Assembly (NCBI GenBank): GCA_963848305.1
Contig: CAWKDC010000001.1
Span: 1,088,001 to 1,152,000 of the forward strand
DNA: 64,000 nt
From: an uncultured Gammaproteobacteria bacterium
Lineage (GTDB): Bacteria; Pseudomonadota; Gammaproteobacteria; JABCZS01
Direction: 5' to 3'
A program made the translations under genes and the position numbers. How positions within the stretch are numbered: position 1 is the stretch's first letter; each line of letters starts with the position of its first letter. A model generated the notes under the pieces. That model had not been told where the DNA came from. It did no database searches and was given only the letters and a program-made list of their open reading frames with translations. Below are positions 10,497-19,702 of the stretch, in pieces.

Positions 10497-11270
10497 TTAT
10501 GAGAAGCTGATCCCAATATACACCGAAATATTATCACCGGTATTAACGCCTGAAAATTGCTCATCTCCTCCACCCAATATACCCCCAAAAGTACCAACAA
10601 ACCCCATCAAGAAAAAATTATCCGATTTTCCTAAACGATAACGCCCATCTAGGCCTAGCTGAAGCAATATTTGAGTTTCATTGGTCGTGACAGGCTTGTA
10701 GTCTTCGAAATCAAGATCATACATTTGATACGTGATCACCGGGCCAAATTTAAAGGTCGTGATATATTTATCAGCTGCTGCATAAGCGGACATCGTGAAT
10801 AGCATAGGCACCTCGACCTCGCTGGTTTTTAAGGAACCTGATTCAATACACAGGGGGGCATTTAGACAGCGTTGTTTAGCGAGCACGAAGTCAGTTTTGA
10901 CAGGCGAAGTGTACAGCAACCCTGTTTGAAAACCCGCACGCCAATACGAAGTGGAAACAATCTGATATTGACCATCGACCAACAACCCAATCACACCACC
11001 CAATTCGGTACGATCTGCTGCAATGCTGTTATTATTGAGATTAAATTCATTATCTATATTCTCAATAAAATTTGTATCGATCTGAATGATATCTCGATAG
11101 TTAATGCCAATGATAGGCGAATAAAAATATTCAGCATGACTGCGACCGACCTTTTCAACCACTTCCACATTGGCATCTACCACCGGAATGTTTGGTGATG
11201 CAGAAGCAGCTCCCACATAAATCAGGGACAAGAGCACCGTTGGGATTGATACATATTTAAATAAGTTCAT
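10497..11270 (-). CDS. Exported, probable outer-membrane beta-barrel protein (paralog A)
   Basis: Signal peptide, amphipathic beta pattern, C-terminal VYIGISFS; strongly similar to neighbour. Confidence 0.6.
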   Translation of the reverse strand: MNLFKYVSIPTVLLSLIYVGAASASPNIPVVDANVEVVEKVGRSHAEYFYSPIIGINYRDIIQIDTNFIENIDNEFNLNNNSIAADRTELGGVIGLLVDGQYQIVSTSYWRAGFQTGLLYTSPVKTDFVLAKQRCLNAPLCIESGSLKTSEVEVPMLFTMSAYAAADKYITTFKFGPVITYQMYDLDFEDYKPVTTNETQILLQLGLDGRYRLGKSDNFFLMGFVGTFGGILGGGDEQFSGVNTGDNISVYIGISFS

Positions 11271-11284
11271 CTATAACTCCTTGT

Positions 11285-12025
11285 TTAAGAAAAACTGATG
11301 CCAATGTAAACGCCAAAGCCTGTGCCAGCATCTACACCTGAAAATCCACCATTACCGCCACCTCCCATGGAGAATGTCGTTTGGAAACCCGTTAGAAAGA
11401 AATTGTCAGATTTACCTAAACGGTATCGACCATCTATCCCAATTTGAAATTGAGCTTGAAATTCATTCTGCGGATCTGCGTCAAAATCAGATAGTTCGAT
11501 ATCATACATCTGATATGAAATCACTGGACCCAGTTTTGCTGTGGTGATATATTTGTCTGAAGCTGCGTAACGTGCAAATGTAAACATCATGGGCACATTC
11601 ATCGAGCTTATTTTCAATGTCCCGTTCGGGATACAATCATTTCCGGGACAATCCCCCGCAAACTCACTCTCGGCAGGGGAATTATAATAAAAGCCGGTTT
11701 GAAAACCCGCACGCCAGTATTCTGTGGCCAAAATCTGGTATTGTCCATCGACCAATAAGCCAATCACGCCGCCCAATTCGGTATGAGTAACAGACAATGA
11801 ATTACCCGATTGATTAGGATCGCCATTGACGAAAGAGTTGCTGATTTGAGTCACATCGATATAGTTGATACCAATGATGGGTGAATAAAAATATTCTGTC
11901 GTGCTGCGGCCAACTTTATCAACCAAATCCAGCTTGACATCCACCACGGGGGGATGGGCTGGGGCTGCATGGGCAGTGGCCATCACGGCGCCATATAATA
12001 TCGAAGCGGCAAAGGAAAGACGCAT
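11285..12025 (-). CDS. Exported, probable outer-membrane beta-barrel protein (paralog B)
   Basis: GGAGG RBS before MRLSFAAS, signal peptide AHA, same C-terminal VYIGISFS. Confidence 0.6.
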   Translation of the reverse strand: MRLSFAASILYGAVMATAHAAPAHPPVVDVKLDLVDKVGRSTTEYFYSPIIGINYIDVTQISNSFVNGDPNQSGNSLSVTHTELGGVIGLLVDGQYQILATEYWRAGFQTGFYYNSPAESEFAGDCPGNDCIPNGTLKISSMNVPMMFTFARYAASDKYITTAKLGPVISYQMYDIELSDFDADPQNEFQAQFQIGIDGRYRLGKSDNFFLTGFQTTFSMGGGGNGGFSGVDAGTGFGVYIGISFS

Positions 12026-12149
12026 AAAACCTCCTTGTTTTAAATGAAACCTGCGGCACTGTGCCATAGATATGAACACTTTGTCAACTTTTTTGACTGG
12101 TTAACTACGGAAGTTGCGATTGACTCTCAGTTCGGGTATAGTGGCTCTC

Positions 12150-13307
12150 ATGAAAAACAGTTTTCAAACCGAGATCCTTCATCAACATGCCCATTCCCAC
12201 GCGCGGATCACCCAGGTATCCACGCCCCATGGGGCATTCGTCACGCCCGCTTTTATGCCCGTGGGCACGCGTGCTGCTGTTAATTGCATGTCGGCCGACC
12301 AATTGGAGGCTTCCGGCTCCCAGATTATTTTGGGCGGCAATACCTATCATATGCTGGTCTCCCCAGGAATGGATGTCCTCAAGGCGGCCGGTGGCATGCA
12401 CACCTTCATGGGGTGGGATAAACCCATGCTCACGGACAGCGGCGGGTTTCAGGTGTTCAGCCTTTCACAGAATTCCAAAATTTGTCGGATTGACCAGCAA
12501 GGCGCTCACTTCAAACACCCGACCACAGGCAAGGTGGTGCATTTAACGCCTGAATCCTCGATTGAAACACAAAAAATCATTGGCGCTGATATTATCATGG
12601 CCTTTGATGAATGCACCCCCGAAAACGGTGGGCGCGACGCGGCATTGGCTGCCATGGAACGCACGCAACGTTGGTTGCTTCAATCAAAAGAAGCCCACGA
12701 AAAACAACCGAATTCAGCATATGGTTTCAGACAAGCCCTTTTTGGTATTATTCAAGGCGGCAGTTTTCGCGATCTGCGCGAAGCATGTGCACAGCATGTG
12801 GTTGACATGGATCTCGATGGCATTGCGATCGGTGGTGAAGCGATTGGTTTTGAAATGGGCAAAACCTGTGAAATCATCGATTGGGTTCGCCCACTGTTAC
12901 CAGAACACAAAGTCCGTTACACCATGGGTGTCGGTTTAAATCCGCAAGATTTGATTGATGTCGTGAAATGCGGCATTGATATTTTCGATTGCGTCGCACC
13001 GACTCGGAATGCTCGCCACGGTTCTCTTTACCATGGATTTGCGGTGAAAGATGGCGATTGGGTTAAATTTGAAAGTGAAGAAGAAAAATCCCGCATCCTG
13101 ATTAAGAAAGCGATTTACGCATCCGACGATCGCCCCCTGTTAGAAGGCTGTGATTGTTATACGTGTCAGCATCATTCTCGTGCTTATTTACATTTTTTAT
13201 TCAAGCAAAGCCAAGCGCTTTATTCCACATTGGCTTGTATTCACAATATTCGCGTGATGCAGAAGACGTGTGAGGTGATGAGGGCGGAAATTGTGCAACA
13301 ATTGTAG
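12150..13307 (+). CDS. tgt: tRNA-guanine transglycosylase
   Basis: FMPVGT, TDSGGFQVFSL, GIIQGG, DCVAPTRNARHG, zinc site CDCYTC...H; start chosen at MKNSF. Confidence 0.92.
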   Translation: MKNSFQTEILHQHAHSHARITQVSTPHGAFVTPAFMPVGTRAAVNCMSADQLEASGSQIILGGNTYHMLVSPGMDVLKAAGGMHTFMGWDKPMLTDSGGFQVFSLSQNSKICRIDQQGAHFKHPTTGKVVHLTPESSIETQKIIGADIIMAFDECTPENGGRDAALAAMERTQRWLLQSKEAHEKQPNSAYGFRQALFGIIQGGSFRDLREACAQHVVDMDLDGIAIGGEAIGFEMGKTCEIIDWVRPLLPEHKVRYTMGVGLNPQDLIDVVKCGIDIFDCVAPTRNARHGSLYHGFAVKDGDWVKFESEEEKSRILIKKAIYASDDRPLLEGCDCYTCQHHSRAYLHFLFKQSQALYSTLACIHNIRVMQKTCEVMRAEIVQQL

Positions 13308-13356
13308 GGGCACGAGATTGTCCAAACAGAACCGTTCCGTGAATAGTCGAAAATCT

Positions 13357-13380
13357 AAAAAAAGCCCCGCATAGCGGGGC
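13357..13380 (-). terminator. Rho-independent terminator
   Basis: GCCCCGC-ATA-GCGGGGC stem with A7 on the left (U tract on minus strand). Confidence 0.8.
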
Positions 13381-13608
13381 AAATCCTGTCTCTATGGAAT
13401 TGAAGCTTAATGCTTCATAAACTCACGGAGATCCATTTCTTCAAGGCAAATGCCTTTTTCCTTGCTTTGATCTTTCCATTTGCTTGCGGACCATTTTTTG
13501 TCCAAAGCCCTGGAAATTTCACCCGTATGGGCTTTGAAACAGCTTTGCAGCGCATCAAAGTTTGGCGAGGTGTTGTAACATTTACGCAAGGCATCTTGTG
13601 TGATCGAA

Positions 13609-15484
13609 CAGCAGTTCCCGCCAAGCAAATGCTATTATCCAAACTCATTCTCATGATCGGTGTTTAGGAATTTAGGGCGAGCAAAAGCTTCTAATAGAAT
13701 TTAGATAAGATTATTAAAGTTATTTTTTCTGGCTCAAAAATCAAAAAATCATTCGACACTACTTACGCACGTTGATCCAACAGCTTAACTATCAATAATG
13801 AGCTGCGCCCCATATTCTCCGCCACTGGATATAGCCGTAAATAAATCATGCCAACTTTCAATAAAATAACACATAAAAAATGCGCGCATTCTTTCCCATA
13901 GCGACGTTCGAGACCGATATCTTTCTCGAGCTTGCTTAAAAAGATGACAGCTTAATTCTTGAACTTGATCTACAAAAAAAGCCAACAACATAAGCATGCC
14001 AAAAATCGTGCAAAGATTTTTATATCCATGGCCAAAATTGTGTGAAAAATGATAATTTTGATTTTTGAGCGTATTAAATGCATTATTTTCTATTTTCCAG
14101 TTTGAACGTCCTCCTCTCATGATGTCATATAAATTCTCTTGCGTAATTTGAATATCGGTAACCCAGCTAAAATGTTGCACTTTCCCTTTCTTATCTGTCT
14201 CCCAATATTCCAAAAAATTAACCTTAAAATCAGGGTGGCTTCTATTAAGCGGCGCCTGATTTCTATAGCGATAACGGTGTGTTTTTCCATCTGTCGTGCT
14301 CTGACAGTATTCCGTGCAGTCAGCACCTTCAAGCCATTCAAATAAAAATTCATGATCACCTGGCTTAACACCCACAATATAACGCATATCTAAGGCATTT
14401 AAATCTCGCAAATGAGGCACATTAGAAGCCAGCGCGTCTTCAACAACAATAAATTTTAAATGTGGGTGCTCGCGTCTGGCATCAGAATATAAGCGCTTAG
14501 CTGCATTTCGTTCACAATCATTCTTTGTACATCCATCTGTCTTTGCAATCGCTTCAGGGGCAAGTGGTAACACTATTTTTTTGTCAGGATGTACAATAGC
14601 CGCACAAAACATATTGTGATAATAATGAACCTGCTCATCAGGCTGTGGCAGCCGATAGTGCTCCGTCAGCATCTCATGGATAAGCACATGCTCTGTCTCG
14701 AGTAAATCTCGTTTTGTTCTACCTTTTAACAGTGCGTTTAATTCAGGCAGCGCGTTCAGATCAATCATCAGCCACTGTTTCTTCCCATCTACAAAATATA
14801 GCGTCCATTCATCCCCCCATGGAGAATCAATAGGCTTAATCAACACATAAGTATTTTTTTTGGCAGTTTTAGGGCGCTTTGATCGAATGATGACGTGACA
14901 TTGACCATAGTGTTTGCTGCAACAGTTTTCACAATGCACGCTAGGCGATGAAAAAAAACCAGTCCCATCCCCAGCTAACAAATAATGTCCTTTCAGTAAA
15001 TATTCAAATTCTTCCAGCGCTTTCCCACGTTGCACACATGCAAATACCCGCTTAAATGCTTGCCTAACTGCATTAGGCTCTACCTCATCACAGCGCTCTC
15101 GCATATAGGTGTCACAGGGCGCTTGTTCCACTCCAAATAATGTACGTAAATTATGTCGAGTTATTTTTTCACTTAAGCTTTCATCAAATTTCAATAACGA
15201 AGGATATTTTAAAGAAAAAACTGCTAAACCGGACATTAGACAATCAACTAATGTAATAGGCGTGCCTCGTTCAACACGTGCATGAGGCAGATCAATTTTC
15301 GCAAATTGATTGCGAATTATGCCGAGCAGCCCATTCGCCGATAAATATTTTTTTGGTAATTTCATTAACTAACCTTCCTTGGTATGTGCTCATGTTAGAA
15401 ACACTATATTATCCAAAAAGTTTACGAAATGAAATTTAAAAATTACCTATTTATCAAGCGTTTTTTACTTGGCGGGAACTGCTG
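13609..15484 (-). mobile_element. Complete insertion sequence, 1876 bp, ISNCY-like DDE
   Basis: Perfect 17-bp IRs CAGCAGTTCCCGCCAAG (13609-13625, 15468-15484) and 9-bp direct repeat GTGATCGAA (13600-13608, 15485-15493). Confidence 0.93.
13785..15365 (-). CDS. DDE transposase with internal insertion
   Basis: DGTGFFSS..HCENC, KNDCERNAAKR, VEDAL, NWKIENNAFNTLKNQNYHFSHNFGHG. Confidence 0.92.
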   Translation of the reverse strand: MKLPKKYLSANGLLGIIRNQFAKIDLPHARVERGTPITLVDCLMSGLAVFSLKYPSLLKFDESLSEKITRHNLRTLFGVEQAPCDTYMRERCDEVEPNAVRQAFKRVFACVQRGKALEEFEYLLKGHYLLAGDGTGFFSSPSVHCENCCSKHYGQCHVIIRSKRPKTAKKNTYVLIKPIDSPWGDEWTLYFVDGKKQWLMIDLNALPELNALLKGRTKRDLLETEHVLIHEMLTEHYRLPQPDEQVHYYHNMFCAAIVHPDKKIVLPLAPEAIAKTDGCTKNDCERNAAKRLYSDARREHPHLKFIVVEDALASNVPHLRDLNALDMRYIVGVKPGDHEFLFEWLEGADCTEYCQSTTDGKTHRYRYRNQAPLNRSHPDFKVNFLEYWETDKKGKVQHFSWVTDIQITQENLYDIMRGGRSNWKIENNAFNTLKNQNYHFSHNFGHGYKNLCTIFGMLMLLAFFVDQVQELSCHLFKQARERYRSRTSLWERMRAFFMCYFIESWHDLFTAISSGGEYGAQLIIDS

Positions 15485-15813
15485 GTGATCGAACAGCGTA
15501 TATGTTCGCCACCTTTATTGGCATCTACAAATAATAAATGCTGATTCTGATCGAAGCGTATTTGACCAAAAGTAATGGTCGCTAAACCACCCTTTTGTTG
15601 ACCGTATTGTTTATCTTTATGCAACAATGGGTTAACCTTGTTTTCCCTTTTCATTTCACCCTTGATTTTGCCATTCAATGGCACTGCTTTACGGGTGGTT
15701 GCAGTTTCGCGTGTGCTTGCGGGTCTTTCTCTACTCATGATCGTTACTCCAATCGTTAATGAGAATGCAGGGTTTATGGTCATTCATTCGATTGACATAT
15801 TCCCTCTCGTACA

Positions 15814-16614
15814 TTAACTTTGGACCACGAACTTAGTTTTGTCAAATGACATATAAATCTCATACCTGACCAATCCTGCGAGGATGTTTACATGGGGAGT
15901 CTGGCTATATATAGGGTCAGCCTTGGCCCGTTTGACGACCAATTTTGGGATTTTGTCTAGCACTTTCAATAAGATATCGCTTGAAGGCTCTTCCCCCAAT
16001 AGCAGGTGCATGATTTGCATGTCCTTTTTCACGAGCGCGCTTTTTTGACGGGGAAGGAACATGGGATCGTAATAAGCCACATCAAAGGTGCCGGATGTGA
16101 GTGACTCCAAAAAAGCTTCAGCATCCGTTTTTATCACTGCCATACGTTTTCCTATGGCAGATTCGTCAGGATCCTGACGCAATGCGTCAACCGCCTCCTG
16201 CAGCAATAATGCCAATACGGGATTGCGCTCCAACAGCGTGACGGTTGCACCGCAATAGGCGATCCAGTGCGCATCTTTTCCTAAACCTGCGCTCATGTCT
16301 AACACCCTCGAGGACGGATTTTTATGCAGTCCCAATGCGCGTGAGAGGGGATCTTTTTTCCGTGTGCGTTTTGAACGGCGTTCAATATAAGCAGCAGATA
16401 AAAAATCGATGTGCCAATCCATCACGGAAAGCTTTGCTCCTCTCAAGAAGGATGATTGGCTATCCACCATTAAAATAAGTGAATGTTCTTGCCAATCCTC
16501 TTTGAAGGGAAGCGCCAAATCTTTTGCGATTTGTTTTGCGCGTTCGACCGCGTTATCATTAACAGCACACACCACGATACGATCAGACAACATTGCGTGA
16601 TATTCCTGTGGCAA
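15814..16614 (-). CDS. rsmJ: Class I SAM methyltransferase, RsmJ (16S m2G1516) family
   Basis: LDMSAGLGKDA, ERNP, YDPMF..RQKSALVKKDM. Confidence 0.85.
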   Translation of the reverse strand: MPQEYHAMLSDRIVVCAVNDNAVERAKQIAKDLALPFKEDWQEHSLILMVDSQSSFLRGAKLSVMDWHIDFLSAAYIERRSKRTRKKDPLSRALGLHKNPSSRVLDMSAGLGKDAHWIAYCGATVTLLERNPVLALLLQEAVDALRQDPDESAIGKRMAVIKTDAEAFLESLTSGTFDVAYYDPMFLPRQKSALVKKDMQIMHLLLGEEPSSDILLKVLDKIPKLVVKRAKADPIYSQTPHVNILAGLVRYEIYMSFDKTKFVVQS

Positions 16615-17290
16615 TTAACCCAATCAATCCGCCAAATACGCCGCCCCACACCACCAACCATCCTAAATGTTTGCGGATCATGTCGGAAACAATTTTTTTC
16701 ACCATTTGAGGCGTGAGCTCATCGAGCCGCGTTTGAATGATTCGAGAAACTTTGTCATGAATGGCGATTGAATCCATCGATGCACGTATTTTAGCTTGAA
16801 GGGCTGATTGGAAGGCTTCACTGTGAGCGATACCTTTCATCTCCGATCGTAATTTTTCCAGAAACGATTCACGAAAACTTTCCAACACTTTTGCGCCACC
16901 AAACATATTGATCATAGACCCAAACTGGGAATTTAAAATCAGCTCGACAAAAGCATCAAACGTGTGTGAAATATCAACGGATTCCAACATGTCATCAAAA
17001 TGCATGGCTTGAATAGATTGTGCATCAAAAAAACGTGTAATATTTTCTGGGTTGAAAAACTGCGTCATGATCATCTGATAAATACCTGCTTTGAATTCTT
17101 CAAAGCGCGCGGGAATCACCCCCGATCCATACAAACCAGGCACTTTTTCGAATAACATATAAATCGCAAGATCATTGGTGATTGAGCCAGACAGCGCGAA
17201 CAAACCAATATTCAGCGTGTAAGGTTCATTCAAAAAATACCCTGTGGCGACGAATAATATGGCGACGAGGTGGGTGAGGGTATATTTCAT
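16583..17290 (-). CDS. DUF445-type membrane protein
   Basis: FEKVPGLYGSGVIP and HLGWLVVWGGVFGGLIG motifs. Confidence 0.75.
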   Translation of the reverse strand: MKYTLTHLVAILFVATGYFLNEPYTLNIGLFALSGSITNDLAIYMLFEKVPGLYGSGVIPARFEEFKAGIYQMIMTQFFNPENITRFFDAQSIQAMHFDDMLESVDISHTFDAFVELILNSQFGSMINMFGGAKVLESFRESFLEKLRSEMKGIAHSEAFQSALQAKIRASMDSIAIHDKVSRIIQTRLDELTPQMVKKIVSDMIRKHLGWLVVWGGVFGGLIGLIATGISRNVV

Positions 17291-17398
17291 GGCATTTTCC
17301 CGTTAATTTTTCTCATTATATACCGTATCCATGGCGCATGGGCGACGTTTATGGCATGATCAGGATAGTTTGAACTTTAATATGTATGGTAGGTAACT

Positions 17399-17629
17399 AT
17401 GAAATCACCCGATGAACAGTCCCTTATTAACCGCCTGCTGGCCGCCCTGCCCGCCATGAGCGATGAAGTCAAAGCCATGATCCGTGAGAAATGGCAAAGC
17501 GTCTTGTCTGAACAAGGTTTTGTGACACGCGAGGCATTTGACGTGCAAACCAAAGTGTTGGCACGCACCCGCGAGAAGGTTGAGGCGTTGGAAAAGCAAG
17601 TGCGAGAGATTGAGGAAAGGATTAAATAG
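17399..17629 (+). CDS. ubiK: UbiK/BMFP family accessory factor
   Basis: VTREAFDVQTKVLARTREK coiled coil, upstream of yifB. Confidence 0.85.
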   Translation: MKSPDEQSLINRLLAALPAMSDEVKAMIREKWQSVLSEQGFVTREAFDVQTKVLARTREKVEALEKQVREIEERIK

Positions 17630-17647
17630 TGGGCACCTGCGGTGCAT

Positions 17648-17670
17648 GGGCGGAAATATCCGCCCCTACA
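17648..17670 (-). repeat. GTAG-type REP element
   Basis: TGTAGGGGCGGATATTTCCGCCC hairpin. Confidence 0.8.
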
Positions 17671-17743
17671 GATTACAATTGCTTTTTTTTAAAATCCATG
17701 TTAATTTCTCGCCCAAGAATAACAACAATAAGCGAGTCTCTTC

Positions 17744-19243
17744 ATGTCAACAGCCATGGTTTATTCACGTACGCACGATGGTGTTGGTGCACCATTAATC
17801 CGCGTTGAAGTCGATATTTCAAAAGGCATACCCAGCTTTTCCATTGTCGGATTACCCGAAACAGCGATCAAAGAAAGTCGCGATCGTGTGCGAAGCGCGT
17901 TGCTAAATGTCAATCATGAGATGCCTGTGCGACGTATTTTGGTGAATTTATCGCCGGCGGATCTTCCTAAAGAAGGGGCACGGTTTGATTTGCCCATTGC
18001 CATCGGCATATTAGCGGCATCGCAACAAATCCGCGCAGATCAACTCGAACAATATGAATTTGCCGGTGAACTCGGTTTAGCTGGCGAATTAAGGCCGATC
18101 AATGGGATGCTGCCATTTGGTATCGAATCACACAAAGCCTCGCACACATTGATTTGCCCTGCAGAGAACGCCGCTGAAGCGATGTTGGGCGGCGGAAAAG
18201 TATTGGCCGCTTCACATCTCCTGGATGTGATTTCGCATGTGCAGGGATGGGAATTATTACAAAGTCCTGCGCCGCTCACACTTCCGGAGCATGCATCATG
18301 CACACTGGATATTGCTGATATTCAAGGGCAACCACTGGCGAAGCGTGCACTGTTGATTGCGGCCGCAGGCGGTCACAGCATGCTCATGTGCGGACCACCA
18401 GGTTCCGGCAAAAGCATGTTGGCTCAACGATTACCCACCATTTTGCCGCCACTGTCTCATGCACAATCGCTGGAAATTGCGGCCATCTACTCGATCAGCA
18501 AGCAAGGTTTTCATGTCTCGCGATTCAAAGAGCGTCCTTTCCGGTCGCCGCATCATACTTCATCTCCTGTTTCATTAGTAGGTGGCGGCAGTATTCCAAA
18601 GCCGGGTGAAATTTCACTTGCACATCACGGTGTATTATTTCTGGATGAATTTCCTGAGTTTTCACGTAAAGTCATTGAAGTCCTTCGCGAGCCTATTGAA
18701 AATCGAAAAATCCACATTGCACGCGCATCAGGTTCTGCAGAATTTCCCGCACAATTTCAAATGATTTGTGCGATGAACCCTTGTCCCTGCGGGTATCTGA
18801 CAGATACAGAACATCAATGCCGTTGCACGCCCGCACAGATTGAACGATATCAAGGGCAAATATCAGGACCCATTTTGGATCGCATTGATATCCATATTGA
18901 AGTCCCGCGCGTTAACGTTAAAACGTTGATGGCGTATACACAGAGGGAAGGCGAAACAAGCGTTATGATGCGGGAAACCGTTGTGAAAACGCAAGCTGTT
19001 CAATTCGAACGATCAGGCGTTTTGAATGCGCATTTAAGCAGCGCAGCGATTAAGGAAACACTGATGACGAGTGCTGCAAAAGAAAAACTGGAAAAGCTCG
19101 TTGATGCATTTCACTTTTCAGCACGCGCATTTTATCGGGTCATCAAAGTCGCGCGCACAATTGCTGATTTAGAACAATCTCAATCCATTGAGGTCAAGCA
19201 TATTGTTGAGGCGGCGCAGTATCGGCAGCAGACCTCTTTGTAA
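17744..19243 (+). CDS. comM: YifB/ComM Mg-chelatase-like AAA ATPase
   Basis: VGLPETAIKESRDRVR, GPPGSGKSM, PFRSPHH, MNPCPCG. Confidence 0.93.
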   Translation: MSTAMVYSRTHDGVGAPLIRVEVDISKGIPSFSIVGLPETAIKESRDRVRSALLNVNHEMPVRRILVNLSPADLPKEGARFDLPIAIGILAASQQIRADQLEQYEFAGELGLAGELRPINGMLPFGIESHKASHTLICPAENAAEAMLGGGKVLAASHLLDVISHVQGWELLQSPAPLTLPEHASCTLDIADIQGQPLAKRALLIAAAGGHSMLMCGPPGSGKSMLAQRLPTILPPLSHAQSLEIAAIYSISKQGFHVSRFKERPFRSPHHTSSPVSLVGGGSIPKPGEISLAHHGVLFLDEFPEFSRKVIEVLREPIENRKIHIARASGSAEFPAQFQMICAMNPCPCGYLTDTEHQCRCTPAQIERYQGQISGPILDRIDIHIEVPRVNVKTLMAYTQREGETSVMMRETVVKTQAVQFERSGVLNAHLSSAAIKETLMTSAAKEKLEKLVDAFHFSARAFYRVIKVARTIADLEQSQSIEVKHIVEAAQYRQQTSL

Positions 19244-19306
19244 GGCCGCAGCATGCAGAGTTTATCGCGAAGGCGGGCAGTCGCATGCCATTTGCATGCT
19301 GGCGCC

Positions 19307-19699
19307 CTACAAACGCTGCTTCCGTTTCTCCAATCTCATTTTCAGTTTCTCAGCATGTTCTTTTTGAACTTGCTGAAACGCTTCATATTGTTTTTCGTCG
19401 AGGAGTTTTTTGACTTCAGTATTCGTCACATCATTGAGTTCCGTCAACTCTTTTTTCATGCTCAGCATCGAAGACAGGCTGGTTTCGCCGTTATAACTTT
19501 CGACGATGTCTTCGCGATCGTTGATGCTGTCATACAACACATTAGACAAATCTCGGATTTGATCATCCGTTAATAATGTGACCTTCAACAGGCGTGTCAT
19601 GAAATCATCGACATATCGATTCACGATGGAGTGAGGCGCAGCAAATGCGCTGAAAAAAAACAGAAAAGACAATACTGACACACACCATTTCATTTTCAT
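19307..19699 (-). CDS. Hypothetical exported helical protein
   Basis: Signal peptide ending AFA, starts 3 nt after glmS stop. Confidence 0.7.
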   Translation of the reverse strand: MKMKWCVSVLSFLFFFSAFAAPHSIVNRYVDDFMTRLLKVTLLTDDQIRDLSNVLYDSINDREDIVESYNGETSLSSMLSMKKELTELNDVTNTEVKKLLDEKQYEAFQQVQKEHAEKLKMRLEKRKQRL

Positions 19700-19702
19700 T
19701 GA

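Larger units (their letters stand above)
13407..15738 (-). pseudogene. Small DUF1488-like gene interrupted by the IS
   Basis: Removing 13609-15484 plus one TSD joins ...GGEHIRCSIT to QDALRKCYN... in frame; family call tentative. Confidence 0.7.

Noticed and set aside
14610-14909. Intein in the transposase
   Set aside because: The HN belongs to the conserved YYH motif and is followed by Met, not Cys/Ser/Thr; no splicing blocks recognised
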